A stretch of DNA of 48,198 bases from positions 1 to 48,198 of IMG/VR virus record IMGVR_UViG_3300011442_000004. One strand, written 5' to 3'. This document shows positions 1 through 10,105 of the stretch, one piece after another. A program made the position numbers and the translations under genes. Under the pieces are notes generated by a model, which saw only the letters and a list, made by a program, of their open reading frames with translations, did no database searches and had not been told where the DNA came from. How positions within the stretch are numbered: position 1 is the stretch's first letter; every line of letters begins with the position of its first letter. The DNA comes from a virus (taxonomy: Duplodnaviria > Caudoviricetes).

Positions 1-123
1 ACCTGTGGAAGGTCATCGCCGATGACATCCCGCGCGACCTGCGCTCCGCCTCGGGCGAGGCTCTGAACGTGCACGTCGTCATGGACCACTTGCTCCGGGC
101 GGCCGAGGGCGACCTGCGCATCA
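1..123. repeat. Terminal 123-bp direct repeat (copy 1), most likely the assembly overlap of a circular contig
   Basis: Identical to 48076-48198; lies inside a reading frame that continues across the join. Confidence 0.95.
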
Positions 124-2711
124 TGGGCGTGACCTCGAAGCTGTCGCAGCGGATGCGCAACGCGCTCCGCCAGCTTGGCGCCGACCCGTCCAACATCGGC
201 GGGCAGATGACCGTCACCATGTACAACCGGCTGCGCTACAGCCAGCCGATGTTCCTCATCCAGCGCATCACGGACGCGCCGTACTACAGCATCCTCTACG
301 GCGTCACGCCGGTCGGGAAGGGCGCGCTGAAGGGCGCGAACGCCGAGCTGGAGGCCATCACCGAGAACCTTGGGCGCTCCGGCATGGCGCGCGACTTCAG
401 CATGGACATGCCCGAGTACGCCACGCGCTCGAACTTCAGCGCAGGCATCAAGTCCTCGATGCAGGAGATGGGGCTACGCGAGGCGCGGCTGGAGGCCATC
501 CGCACGGCGCCCGACACCATCATCGCCAACAACATGACGAACATGCTCGCCGCCCGGATGGGCGACATCGTCCGGGGCGTGCTCGACAACCTCGCCACCG
601 CCGCCGAGAAGGGCGACCCGGCTCTGCTGGAGGACATGCTCCGCGCGCAGGGCACGCTGGAGAAGACGTTCGCTGACCTCCGCGAGGTCTACTCGCGCAA
701 CGCCGGGCGGGTGCTCGATGACAATGAGGTCGGATTGCAATACATCAAGGACCAGCTCAACGCGTGGCGCCGCCATCAGGTGCGCGCCGACGGCACCATC
801 GACATGTCGAAGCTCATCCACGAGGGCGAGCGGTCGCTGCCGTCGAGCATCGCCGACATCGGCCCCATCCGGCCGGACGACCTCGCGAAGGAGCTTGGCT
901 ACGCCGACGCGGCCTCGCTGCGCCGGGACGTGGTCGGGCACGTTGAGAAAATCAACGGGCAGTTCGTGGTCGTCAAGGGCGAGAACGACATCGCCCGGCT
1001 GGAGGAGCGCCTGACCACCGAGCTGAACGCCCACCCGGACTACGTCCGCCGCGCCACCGCTTACTTCGGCTCGACGTGGGAGGACTACTGGAGCGGCCTC
1101 GCCCGGTCGGTCGAGGAGGGCGGGCTGGACATCACGCCGCACTACGCCAAGGAGGCGCAGGAGTTCATCATGCGCGAGGCCCAGTCGCGCGAGATGGACC
1201 CGTGGGAGTACCTGTCGGGCGTCATGGCGTCGAACATCGGGGGCAAGGACCTCCAGAGCCACATCGGTCAGCTCATGGGCTTCCTGAAGGCAGGCAAGTC
1301 CGCCCAGCCGATGGAGGAGTGGAGCCGTATCTTCCGGGGCTCGCTGGACCAGAGCGCCCAGCGCACTCTGCTGGACGAGTTCCGCACGGCCACCGGCACC
1401 GCCGACCCGGCGGGCATCCTGCGCCCGGCCAAGTTCGAGATGGTCACGCCCAAGAGCGCGCCCGGCGCCAAGCCGCGCCCGCCCGTCGCCGAGCTGCCGA
1501 AGACCTTCAAGGCCGAGCCCGGCTACGCCTACCGCGTCGAGACCCCCGAGGCGATGGAGATGGGGCTGCCCACGAAGAGCGGCGTCACCGTCGGCAAGCC
1601 GACCGCGTTCTACAACGGCAAGGACGACATCGAGAAGGCCATCTACCGCATCAAGGATGACGGCACGCTGGCCACCGGGCGACACGGCGCGGGCGGCGGC
1701 GACCGCCTGACCACGGCACACGTTCCGCCCGAGCAAATTGAAATGCTCACCGAGGACGGGAAGTGGGTCGCGCTGTCGGCCGACCCGTACGACAACTTCT
1801 TCGCCCACGACTTCCCGAACATGGTGCGCCAGCGCATCCTTGACGGCGCGCCCCACGCGAACCCCGAGGTCGAGGCGTACGTCCAGCAGTTCAGCAAGTG
1901 GGTCAACGACAACATCAAGGGCGAGCTGTCCGAGCGCACCCGCGCCGACCTCCGCCAACTGGTCGAGAACGTCCCCACGCACGCCGCCTCGCCGTTCAAC
2001 CGCTCGCAGGCGCTCGTGGTCCACCTGCTGAAGTCCAAGATTGAGGACGCCCAGCAGGACATCTTCCGGCTCGCTGAGATGCAGACCCAGCGTACCGTCA
2101 TCGAGCGGTCGCTGAACCATCCGCTCTTCGGCCTGTACCCGGCGAGCTACATGTGGGGCAAGGTGTTGCCGGAGACGGTGAAGTTCCTCGCGAAGAACCC
2201 CTACGCCGCGACCTACCTCATCGCCGACGTCCAGCGCGCAATTGCAATCCAGCGGGAGTACAACCCCGAGATGGAGGATGCGATGAACACGGTGGACCGC
2301 AGCTCGGCCGCCTTCCTGCTCGACTACCTGACCCCGGGACTCCCGTGGTCCGACCACTCCGCGCGCATGTCCCCGATGGTCCGCGACCTGTTGGGCGGCA
2401 AGGACCTCGGCACCATCTGGAGCGACGAACTGGCCACGGTCAGCCCGCAGCGGTGGGTGTCCACGGTCGTCAACGCGGGCAACGAAATCCCCGGTGCAAT
2501 CGACCAGCTCACGCAGCCGCAGGAGGCGCCGGAGATGTCCGGCCTCCAGTCCCTCGCGGGCGGCAGCGGCGGCTCCACATCCAGCCCGACCACCAACGGT
2601 GGCGGACGTATCACCGGGCCGACCCCGGCGGCTGCCCTCGCACCCATCCTTGCGGATGACCTCGCGCGGCTGCAATCCATCCTCATCTCGGGCAAGCCGC
2701 CCGAGGAGTAG
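3..2711 (+). CDS. C-terminal part of giant (~1,948 aa) putative internal virion/ejection protein; begins at 44940 and wraps the join
   Basis: Same frame as the ORF from 44940 once the overlap is removed (48075 is divisible by 3); lies between portal and scaffold; largely helical-looking sequence. Confidence 0.75.
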   Translation: MWKVIADDIPRDLRSASGEALNVHVVMDHLLRAAEGDLRIMGVTSKLSQRMRNALRQLGADPSNIGGQMTVTMYNRLRYSQPMFLIQRITDAPYYSILYGVTPVGKGALKGANAELEAITENLGRSGMARDFSMDMPEYATRSNFSAGIKSSMQEMGLREARLEAIRTAPDTIIANNMTNMLAARMGDIVRGVLDNLATAAEKGDPALLEDMLRAQGTLEKTFADLREVYSRNAGRVLDDNEVGLQYIKDQLNAWRRHQVRADGTIDMSKLIHEGERSLPSSIADIGPIRPDDLAKELGYADAASLRRDVVGHVEKINGQFVVVKGENDIARLEERLTTELNAHPDYVRRATAYFGSTWEDYWSGLARSVEEGGLDITPHYAKEAQEFIMREAQSREMDPWEYLSGVMASNIGGKDLQSHIGQLMGFLKAGKSAQPMEEWSRIFRGSLDQSAQRTLLDEFRTATGTADPAGILRPAKFEMVTPKSAPGAKPRPPVAELPKTFKAEPGYAYRVETPEAMEMGLPTKSGVTVGKPTAFYNGKDDIEKAIYRIKDDGTLATGRHGAGGGDRLTTAHVPPEQIEMLTEDGKWVALSADPYDNFFAHDFPNMVRQRILDGAPHANPEVEAYVQQFSKWVNDNIKGELSERTRADLRQLVENVPTHAASPFNRSQALVVHLLKSKIEDAQQDIFRLAEMQTQRTVIERSLNHPLFGLYPASYMWGKVLPETVKFLAKNPYAATYLIADVQRAIAIQREYNPEMEDAMNTVDRSSAAFLLDYLTPGLPWSDHSARMSPMVRDLLGGKDLGTIWSDELATVSPQRWVSTVVNAGNEIPGAIDQLTQPQEAPEMSGLQSLAGGSGGSTSSPTTNGGGRITGPTPAAALAPILADDLARLQSILISGKPPEE

Positions 2712-2735
2712 TTCGGCCTCCGTCAAATTGAAATG

Positions 2736-2764
2736 TTGACGAACGCCGAAGAAAGGTGTACGGT
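2736..2764 (+). promoter_or_regulatory. Sigma70-type promoter for scaffold/capsid genes
   Basis: TTGACG-N17-TACGGT, 9 nt before ATG 2774; octamer variant ATTGAAAT at 2727-2734 just upstream. Confidence 0.65.
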
Positions 2765-2773
2765 TCCACTCGC

Positions 2774-3337
2774 ATGAGCGAAACCAACAACGACGGCACG
2801 ACCCAGCAGGGGTCGCCAGCAGCCGATGCCTCCCCGGATGCGGGGACGCAGGAGCCTACGGCCACTCCGGGCGAAGACCCGATTGCCCTCGCGCGGAAGC
2901 GTCAGGCAGGAGCCGAGGCAGCTCGTCAGAAAGCCGAAGAGGCGCGCGACAACGCGCTGAAGGAACTCGAAGTGTTCCGGGCGAAAGACCGGACCGAGAG
3001 TGACAAGGAGCTGGCTGACAACGCCAAACTTCAGGAGAGGCTGACCGCAGCCGAAGCCCGAGCCAACGAGGCAGAGGCCAAGGCAGAAGCCCGCATTCTC
3101 GACATCAAGTACCCAGCGGCACGCGCCGAGCTGCCCGAGATTACGGACGAAGTCCGGCTCGCGAAGCTCGAAGCACTGCTCGGTGACGGACCTGTCGCGG
3201 ACGCAGAGCCTCCGACGCCACAGAACCCCAACGAGTCCAATCGAACCGCCAGCGGCGACAAGACCAACCAGCCCAAGCCCGAGACGTCAGCAGACATCGA
3301 GGCCCGGCTGAAGGCCATGAAGCCCGACTGGTCCTAG
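2774..3337 (+). CDS. Capsid scaffolding protein
   Basis: Acidic low-complexity N-terminus, coiled-coil middle, directly upstream of the capsid gene. Confidence 0.75.
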   Translation: MSETNNDGTTQQGSPAADASPDAGTQEPTATPGEDPIALARKRQAGAEAARQKAEEARDNALKELEVFRAKDRTESDKELADNAKLQERLTAAEARANEAEAKAEARILDIKYPAARAELPEITDEVRLAKLEALLGDGPVADAEPPTPQNPNESNRTASGDKTNQPKPETSADIEARLKAMKPDWS

Positions 3338-3375
3338 CCCCGGAACCCCACCGGAGAAAGTAACCACCAACTACC

Positions 3376-4611
3376 ATGGCAACCACCCAGACCAGCACGA
3401 CCAACTTCAACCAGACGGTCGTGGCACTGGTCAACAAGCGGCTCGAAGAGCTGTTGCGCGCACCCCTGCCGCACCTGCTCCCGGGCAACTTCCGTGAGGC
3501 CGCGTTCGTCAAAGGCACGAACAACGTCATGCGGTTCATCAACATCCCCGACATGTCCGTCGTGGCCGGTACCCCCGACCATGCGACGCCGACCTCGCCG
3601 TGGCTGAAGGAAGGCGTTCCCCCGACCGGGGAGTCGCTGGCCTTCGGGTACGAAGAGTTCTCGGCCGACCAAGCCGGTCGTGTCATCGAGCTGACCGACG
3701 TCGCAATGATGGAGAACCCCTTCGACCTGCTTGCCGTCGCCGCCGACCGCGTTGCTCGCAACGCCATCGCCACGGCCGACAAGCGAGTCGCGGAAATCCT
3801 CAGCGCAGGCGCGCAGGTCACGTACGCTGGCGGTGCCTCGTCCCGAGCCACCATCCCCAGCAACTCCGCCCTCACGGGTGCCCTCGTCAAGCTGACCGTC
3901 GCCCGCCTGAAGGCGGCTGCGGTTCCGACCTTCGAGGACGGCACCTACCGCGCCATCGTGCACCCGGGTTCGACCTTCGACCTCGAAAGCGACACGGCGG
4001 TCGGCGGGTGGATTGACGCCCAGCGGTATGCGGGCTCGGCTGCGCTCTTCACGGGCGAAGTCGGCCGGTACGCAGGCGTCCGGTTCATCGAGTCCCCGGC
4101 GGCTGTCAGCTTCGCGGCTGTGCAGGGTCCGGCCATCACCCTCGCGGGTGCGGCGGCCATCGCGGCCACGGACAACGTCACCATCTCGGCGCCGACCAAC
4201 CTCGTTGCGGGCAACCGCATCAAAATCCTCACCCTCACGGGCGGGGCGGGGCTGGCGGCTGGCTCGACCTACTACATCGTGCAGCCCACGTCGAGCACGG
4301 TGTTCAAGCTGAGCGCGACCCTCAACGGCGCGCCCATCGACATCACGTCGGACTCCTCGGCCATCACGGCTGCGGTCGTCAACGACGTCCTGAATGCGGT
4401 CATCTTCGGCCCGGAGGCTTATGCCTTCGGCGACTGGGGCAGCATCCAGACCTACTTCACCCAGCCGGGTGGACTGGTGGACCCGCTCCATCAGCTCGCC
4501 AAGGTCGGTTGGAAGGGGATGTTCGGAGCCGTCATCATGGGCGAGGGCGCGAACGCGACCAACGTCACGGCGGCCCGCTACCGGCGCATCGAGCACACGT
4601 CCCAGCTCTAA
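3376..4611 (+). CDS. Major capsid protein (HK97 fold, N4-gp56-like) with an inserted beta-rich module
   Basis: Motifs LKEGVPP, YRAIVHP..FDL, GEVGRYAGVRFIES, FGPEAYA, DPLHQLAKVGWK; followed by a terminator. Confidence 0.9.
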   Translation: MATTQTSTTNFNQTVVALVNKRLEELLRAPLPHLLPGNFREAAFVKGTNNVMRFINIPDMSVVAGTPDHATPTSPWLKEGVPPTGESLAFGYEEFSADQAGRVIELTDVAMMENPFDLLAVAADRVARNAIATADKRVAEILSAGAQVTYAGGASSRATIPSNSALTGALVKLTVARLKAAAVPTFEDGTYRAIVHPGSTFDLESDTAVGGWIDAQRYAGSAALFTGEVGRYAGVRFIESPAAVSFAAVQGPAITLAGAAAIAATDNVTISAPTNLVAGNRIKILTLTGGAGLAAGSTYYIVQPTSSTVFKLSATLNGAPIDITSDSSAITAAVVNDVLNAVIFGPEAYAFGDWGSIQTYFTQPGGLVDPLHQLAKVGWKGMFGAVIMGEGANATNVTAARYRRIEHTSQL

Positions 4612-4646
4612 GGGACGGCTGCCGCAGCAGCTAATTACAATCCACC

Positions 4647-4677
4647 AGCCCCCGGGATTGCGGCCCGGGGGCTTTTC
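4647..4677 (+). terminator. Intrinsic terminator after the capsid gene
   Basis: AGCCCCCGGG-attgcgg-CCCGGGGGCT followed by TTT. Confidence 0.85.
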
Positions 4678-4686
4678 ATGTACCCT
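4658..4686 (+). promoter_or_regulatory. Possible promoter overlapping the terminator
   Basis: TTGCGG-N17-TACCCT, 11 nt before ATG 4698. Confidence 0.4.
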
Positions 4687-4697
4687 GAGAGGCGACT

Positions 4698-6104
4698 ATG
4701 GACACCACGCGCGACATCCTCTACCGAGGGTTCAAGCTCAACGACTCCGAGATTGCGTGGGACGCATCCGACGGTCTCGTCAAGGGCATCGCCGGGTGCA
4801 CCGTGGACGACTTCGACCCCGATGACGTGGACGTTGTCCAGTTCAGCGAGAAGCGCGCCGAGGCCGACGGCATGGACGTCGGAAACCCCTTCCTCGGCGG
4901 TCGGCGCATCCGCGTCACCGGGACCATCTACGGCAAGACCCGAGCCCTGTGCTACGACCAGCTCTGGCAGCTCCGCGCCACCATGAGCCCGGTCCTCGCG
5001 TCGCGGGAAATCCCGGGCGACAAGGGCTACCTGCCGCTGTACTTCGCGGTCCCGACCAACGACCCGGACTTCGCCGGGGCGATTGCAATGCGGGCGCTCG
5101 TCATGCCTCGCCAGTTCCGAGCCCCCATCAGCCGGGACCAGCACGGCGGGGAGGACAGCAACGCGCTCGCCATCCCGTGGTCGGCCACGTTCGTCATGCG
5201 TGACCCGAACTTCGAGGGCGAGACCCCGCAGGACGTGGCCTTCGCCGACACGCCCCTCATCAGCGAGGGCACCGCGTCGCAGGCCACGGACACCATCACC
5301 TTCAGCGCCGCCCACGGGCTGGTCGCCAACGACCGCATCTACCTCACCAAGCTGGTCGCCGGAACCGGGCTGGCCCTGAACACGGCCTACTACGTCATCG
5401 CCTCGGGCCTGACCTCCACCGCCATCAAGGTCAGCACCACCGTCGGCGGCGCCGCCGTCAACATCACCGTGGACTACACCCGGGTCGAGGCGGCCAAGTT
5501 CCAGACCTTCAGCGGCAACTTCCTGAACCGGGGCACGTACAACGCGCCGCTGAACATGCTCTTCGCGGTCAGCGCGCAGGCGGGCAGCATCGTCGTCTCG
5601 ACGTCAGGCTCGAACTACACAATTGCAATTCCGGCCAGCACGGACCCGAGCATCACCGGGGCCACGGGCGCCCAGTCCACGGACCTCATCACGAAGAACT
5701 CCCACGGCCTCCTCGCCGGGGACCGCATCTACATCACCGCCCTGACCGGCGGCGCCGGGCTCCTGCTCAACCGGAACTACTACGTCGTCAACCCCACGAC
5801 GAACACGTTTCAGGTCAGCCTGACGGCGGGCGGGGCGGCCGTGAACTTCACGACTGACGCCACCGTCCTGACGTACTCGAAGGTCAGCTACCGGCTCCTG
5901 CGGTTCAAGCGCGAGAAGGTCTTCACCGTGGAGGAGAACGGCGTGGAGACCCTGCGCCGGAGCTGGCTCACCTTCCAGCAGTCCACGACGTGGCCGCTCA
6001 TCTCCGTGGGCTCCCCGAGCTACACCGTGACCGTGACCGGGACCCTGCTCGACCCGGGGTCCTCGGACGGCAGCCACATGTGGTTCTGGGAGTCGTACGC
6101 GTAG
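4698..6104 (+). CDS. Distal-tail (Dit)-like protein with two inserted beta-rich repeats
   Basis: N-terminal ADG...GGRRIRVTGTI...LRATMSP and ATFVMRDP pattern typical of Dit; two HGL..DRIY...YYV repeats. Confidence 0.6.
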   Translation: MDTTRDILYRGFKLNDSEIAWDASDGLVKGIAGCTVDDFDPDDVDVVQFSEKRAEADGMDVGNPFLGGRRIRVTGTIYGKTRALCYDQLWQLRATMSPVLASREIPGDKGYLPLYFAVPTNDPDFAGAIAMRALVMPRQFRAPISRDQHGGEDSNALAIPWSATFVMRDPNFEGETPQDVAFADTPLISEGTASQATDTITFSAAHGLVANDRIYLTKLVAGTGLALNTAYYVIASGLTSTAIKVSTTVGGAAVNITVDYTRVEAAKFQTFSGNFLNRGTYNAPLNMLFAVSAQAGSIVVSTSGSNYTIAIPASTDPSITGATGAQSTDLITKNSHGLLAGDRIYITALTGGAGLLLNRNYYVVNPTTNTFQVSLTAGGAAVNFTTDATVLTYSKVSYRLLRFKREKVFTVEENGVETLRRSWLTFQQSTTWPLISVGSPSYTVTVTGTLLDPGSSDGSHMWFWESYA

Positions 6105-6175
6105 CCCTTGACGGCGCGCGGCTGGTCGGCGATGATGGCGTCCTACCCCTCCACCCCGTACTGAGGACCCCCTCA

Positions 6176-6334
6176 ATGGAAGACCAGACCGCCCCGCGCC
6201 GGGGCTGCAACTGCGACGTGTGCAAGTGGGCTCGTGCCCGCATCGACCGCGAGCAGCGCCTCGCCGACGACCTCGAACAGAACTACCAGCGGTACCTCGC
6301 TGGAGAGCTTGTCAGCCGGGACGAACGGGAGTAG
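6176..6334 (+). CDS. Small hypothetical protein (CxCxxC)
   Basis: GAGG upstream of ATG; MEDQTAPRRGCNCDVCKW...; fills the intergenic gap. Confidence 0.55.
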   Translation: MEDQTAPRRGCNCDVCKWARARIDREQRLADDLEQNYQRYLAGELVSRDERE

Positions 6335-6337
6335 ACT
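6309..6337 (+). promoter_or_regulatory. Sigma70-type promoter
   Basis: TTGTCA-N17-TAGACT; the TAG is also the upstream stop codon. Confidence 0.6.
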
Positions 6338-6346
6338 GTCCCCACC

Positions 6347-6538
6347 ATGGCTACCCCAACCACCATCCGAAAGGGTCGCGCCCTTCTCATCAGCTCCGAT
6401 GCCTGCCCGCGCAATTGCCGCACAGGGGCCAACGGCTCCGTCCACCTTCTGTCCGACCACTCGGACACGGAGCGCGGGCGCCAGTGCACGCTGTGCTCGT
6501 GCGTCATTCAGGACACCCACGAAGTCAAGCCGGGCTAA
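6347..6538 (+). CDS. Small Cys/His-rich hypothetical protein
   Basis: CPRNC..H..H..CTLC; follows the promoter. Confidence 0.6.
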   Translation: MATPTTIRKGRALLISSDACPRNCRTGANGSVHLLSDHSDTERGRQCTLCSCVIQDTHEVKPG

Positions 6539-6544
6539 CCGCCA

Positions 6545-7216
6545 GTGACGGCCTACTCGACCCTCCAGACGTACGTCGCTCGGGACCTCTCGGACCCGGG
6601 CAACTTGACGTTTGACACGGACGCCGTCAAGGACTTCATCCAGCAGGGCCTCAGCGAGATTGCGCGGGTCGCCCCGATGCAGTTTCAGGAGGACCTTGAC
6701 CCCGTCGCCGACACGCTGGTCTACCCCCTGCGAGCGAACATCTTCGACGTCCCGCAGCAGGAAATCAAGCTGACCCGGGTCGAGATTTGGTCGGGCTCGC
6801 CCTCCCGATTTCAATGGAAGCTGAAGGCCAAGGCCGGTCAGCCGAGCCGCGACAGCATCGCGGGCTGGGAGGTCTGGGCGGGCAAGCTGGAGCTGTCGCA
6901 GTTCGACATGGACAGCATCACGGGCTTCGGCGCGGAGGTCATCCGCGTCTGGGGCTACTCCCCGTACGACCCCATCGTTGATGACGCAGACGTCGTCCCG
7001 GTGAGCGCCGAGCTGGAGCAGGCGCTCCGCACCTTCTGCCGAGTCGAGGGTCTGAGGCGTCTCACCCAGAGCCGTGTCCTGTTCAAGCAGTGGCAGACGC
7101 GCTCGAACAACACCGACGTCACGCTGGGGATGCTGAACAGCGACCTTCAGGTGGCCGAGGAGCACTGGCGCAAGCTGAAGCGGGAGCTGACGGTCCTCCA
7201 GCAGAACCCGGACTAG
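6545..7216 (+). CDS. Head-tail adaptor-like protein
   Basis: Helical N-terminus (LQTYVARDLSDP...FIQQGLSEIAR), beta middle, helical C-terminus; position in the structural module. Confidence 0.65.
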   Translation: MTAYSTLQTYVARDLSDPGNLTFDTDAVKDFIQQGLSEIARVAPMQFQEDLDPVADTLVYPLRANIFDVPQQEIKLTRVEIWSGSPSRFQWKLKAKAGQPSRDSIAGWEVWAGKLELSQFDMDSITGFGAEVIRVWGYSPYDPIVDDADVVPVSAELEQALRTFCRVEGLRRLTQSRVLFKQWQTRSNNTDVTLGMLNSDLQVAEEHWRKLKRELTVLQQNPD

Positions 7217-7219
7217 CCC

Positions 7220-10105
7220 GTGCCTACGCGGACGTTCTCCATCAGCTCGGACACGAGCATCCGCACCGACACCGACGGGTCGTCGGGTACTGGCTGCGGC
7301 AACTCGAAGCACATCTACGTCGGCCGCTACGGCACGAAGCAGTACAAGCACTTCGCCAAGTTCACGCTGGATTACAGCGGGATGGCGAAAATCACCGCCG
7401 CCACCCTCAACGTCTACACCGACGAGTACGACACGTTCGGCGTCGCTGGCGAGCCCGGCATCTTCGCGCAGCCCGCGAGCGCCGACCACCCTGAGTTCAG
7501 CGTCTATCGGTTGGGCGACGCGTTCAGTGAGGGCAACAACGCCGACGGCCACTACGACTCGGGCGACTACACGAGCGCGACCCAGACCGGCACGGGCGTC
7601 CACAAGAACGTCACCAAGGGGGCCAACCTCCTCCAGCAGGTGAACGTCCTCGACATCGTCAAGGCGTGGGCGCCGTCGAGCGTCGCTGGTGGCGGGCGCC
7701 ACACGAACTACGGCATTGTCATCAAGGGCAGCACGGACCCCAAGGAGGCGTGGTCGGGCTGGGCGGACGAGCACGGCAACCCGTCCGAGGAGCCGAGCAT
7801 CACCGTCACCTACGAGCTGGGGCCGACCAAGCCGGACGCGCCGTCGAACATGACGCCGGTCGGCGCGGTGGCGAGTGTGGACACGTTCGAGGGCAACTTC
7901 ACGGACCAGCGAGCCACCGACACGCTAGCCACGGCCTACGTGCAGGTCTACGACGGCGGCGTGGCGTGCACCGTCGCGACCAACAACCGCGTGGCCAAGG
8001 CTAGCCACGGTCTGGCCGTCAACGACACCATCTACTTCACGTCCCTGACGGGCGGCGTGGGCCTGTCGCTTTTCACGGCGTATCGGGTCCGGGCTGTCGT
8101 TGACAGCTCGCACTTCACCTTGAAGACGGCGACTGGGACCACCGAGGTTGACGTCACCAACGACTACTCGGCCGCCACCTACTCGAAGCTCCTCCTGAAC
8201 ACGAGCAAGGTCGCGACCAACAGCGAACGCGTGGCAGCGCACTTCATCGTGGAACGTCCGCCCACATTGAAATTCACGGTCGGGGTGACGTACCGCTGGC
8301 GCGCTCAGGTTGTGGACCAAGAGGGGCAGTCCTCCGGCTTCGGCGCGCTGGTCTCGTTCAGCCTGACCAACACGGCGCCGAACCCGCCCGTCCTCAGCCC
8401 CATCGACGGGTCGAGCTACGCCACCCTGAACCTCGTCAAGTTCACGGGCACCTACAGCGACCCGGACGGGGACCCGCTGTCGGCGCATCAGGTCCAGCTC
8501 GCGCTCCTGCCGCCCGGTGACTCGGGCTGGGACGAGCCCGACCGCCTCCTGTGGGACACGGGCTACAGCTACGCCGCGCTCGGAGACACCGACTGGACCG
8601 ACTACTACGGCGGCCGGGCGCTGGTGTCCGGCATCTACTACTGGCGGGCGCGCAACATCGACGCTCGGCAGGGCGTGTCCAACTGGACGTACGGCTCCAT
8701 CGTTCTGACGGCCGACTTCAGCCCGGAGCCCGGCTCGTATGACAATGTGCAAATCAACCCGAACGCCCCATGGCGCATCCTCATCCGCGACGTCTATCTC
8801 GCCGACGGCGTGACGAAGACCGCCGGGCGCGGCCCGGGCACGCTGGTCGCCGTGCTGGAGGAGGCGAAGAACGTCGGCGCCTCCATCGTCTACAACAGCC
8901 CGGGCGAGCTGCACTTCACCCTGCTGAAGGACGACGAGCAGATTGGCGTCATCGAGCCCCGGCAGGTCCACTACGCCGTCGAGTTCTACTCGGGCGACGG
9001 GTGGCAGGAGAAGTTCGCCGGGGTCATCTGGGACGCCGACGCCACGGAGACCGACGTCGTGTTCAAGGGCATCGACTACCTCGCCCTGTACGACACGGTC
9101 ATCGACTCGCGGTACGACGCGAACAAGCCCGACAAGAGCTACAAGAACAACGGGTCCTACTACTCGCAGGTCACGGTGCGCAACATCATCCTCGACCAGC
9201 TCGCCTACGCAAAGAAGCAGCCCGACTCGTGGGTCGGCTTCATCGGTCTGAGCGGCGCTGACATCCCGGCGATGGGCGAGAAAATCAGCATCTACTCCAC
9301 CTTCCAGCCCGTATTGTCATTCGTCTCGGGGCTCCTCGACAGCCACCGGCAGGGGCAGGGTATCCGCACCCGCATCCGCGTCGTGAAGACCACGACCGGC
9401 GCGTACAAGGTGCAAATCATCGACAACCCGGGCGCGACCCGGGTGGACCTCGCACTGTACTACGGCGAGCTGGTGCAGGGCTACCGCGTCATCCTCTTCG
9501 GGGACCAGTGGGCGAACGTCATGCACGTCGTCGGCCGCAACCGGGACGGCGTCAAGGTCACGTACAAGACCATCAGCGGCAAGTCGTTCCAGCCCTCGAC
9601 CTCCCTCTTCGGGCGCATCGCCACGGTCGCCGTCATGGACGGGGTGCAGGACGCCATCGACCTCAACCGGCGCGGCCTTCAGGCGGCGATGCAGGCGGCG
9701 AAGATTGGCCGCAACATTGCAATTGGGCTGCGGGTCCAGTTCCTCGGCGTGCTTCAGGGCTACGACCTGACGGACCTCTTCCCGGTCAAGATTGACGACG
9801 GGGCCATCGACACCGACGCCTTCGGCTCCGGCTACTGGGCGGCCATGGCGGTCGCGTGGGAGGCCACCGACATCGGCGAGCAGAGCCTCATCATCACCCT
9901 CATGCCGAAGGAGGACAGCTCGGCGCCGGACCCGTCGCTCATCCAGTCCAGCCCCATCTCCCCGCAGCCCGAGTGGCAGCTCGGCTGGACCCCGCCTGAC
10001 CCGCTGAAGGCGACCTCGAAGTTCTGGCTCGACCAGTCCACGGGCAAGGTCTATGTGCGCGACGCGGATACTGGTACACTCGTGCCTGTGACAGGAACCC
10101 CGTAA
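7220..10105 (+). CDS. Multidomain tail protein: DNRLRE-like N-terminus, Fn3/Ig-like domains, C-terminal Tal/baseplate-hub-like region
   Basis: NYGIVIK..EPSITVTY; YRWRAQ/YYWRAR Fn3-like motifs; NSPGELHFTL...FAGVIW...GIDYLALY resembling siphophage minor tail proteins. Confidence 0.65.
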   Translation: MPTRTFSISSDTSIRTDTDGSSGTGCGNSKHIYVGRYGTKQYKHFAKFTLDYSGMAKITAATLNVYTDEYDTFGVAGEPGIFAQPASADHPEFSVYRLGDAFSEGNNADGHYDSGDYTSATQTGTGVHKNVTKGANLLQQVNVLDIVKAWAPSSVAGGGRHTNYGIVIKGSTDPKEAWSGWADEHGNPSEEPSITVTYELGPTKPDAPSNMTPVGAVASVDTFEGNFTDQRATDTLATAYVQVYDGGVACTVATNNRVAKASHGLAVNDTIYFTSLTGGVGLSLFTAYRVRAVVDSSHFTLKTATGTTEVDVTNDYSAATYSKLLLNTSKVATNSERVAAHFIVERPPTLKFTVGVTYRWRAQVVDQEGQSSGFGALVSFSLTNTAPNPPVLSPIDGSSYATLNLVKFTGTYSDPDGDPLSAHQVQLALLPPGDSGWDEPDRLLWDTGYSYAALGDTDWTDYYGGRALVSGIYYWRARNIDARQGVSNWTYGSIVLTADFSPEPGSYDNVQINPNAPWRILIRDVYLADGVTKTAGRGPGTLVAVLEEAKNVGASIVYNSPGELHFTLLKDDEQIGVIEPRQVHYAVEFYSGDGWQEKFAGVIWDADATETDVVFKGIDYLALYDTVIDSRYDANKPDKSYKNNGSYYSQVTVRNIILDQLAYAKKQPDSWVGFIGLSGADIPAMGEKISIYSTFQPVLSFVSGLLDSHRQGQGIRTRIRVVKTTTGAYKVQIIDNPGATRVDLALYYGELVQGYRVILFGDQWANVMHVVGRNRDGVKVTYKTISGKSFQPSTSLFGRIATVAVMDGVQDAIDLNRRGLQAAMQAAKIGRNIAIGLRVQFLGVLQGYDLTDLFPVKIDDGAIDTDAFGSGYWAAMAVAWEATDIGEQSLIITLMPKEDSSAPDPSLIQSSPISPQPEWQLGWTPPDPLKATSKFWLDQSTGKVYVRDADTGTLVPVTGTP

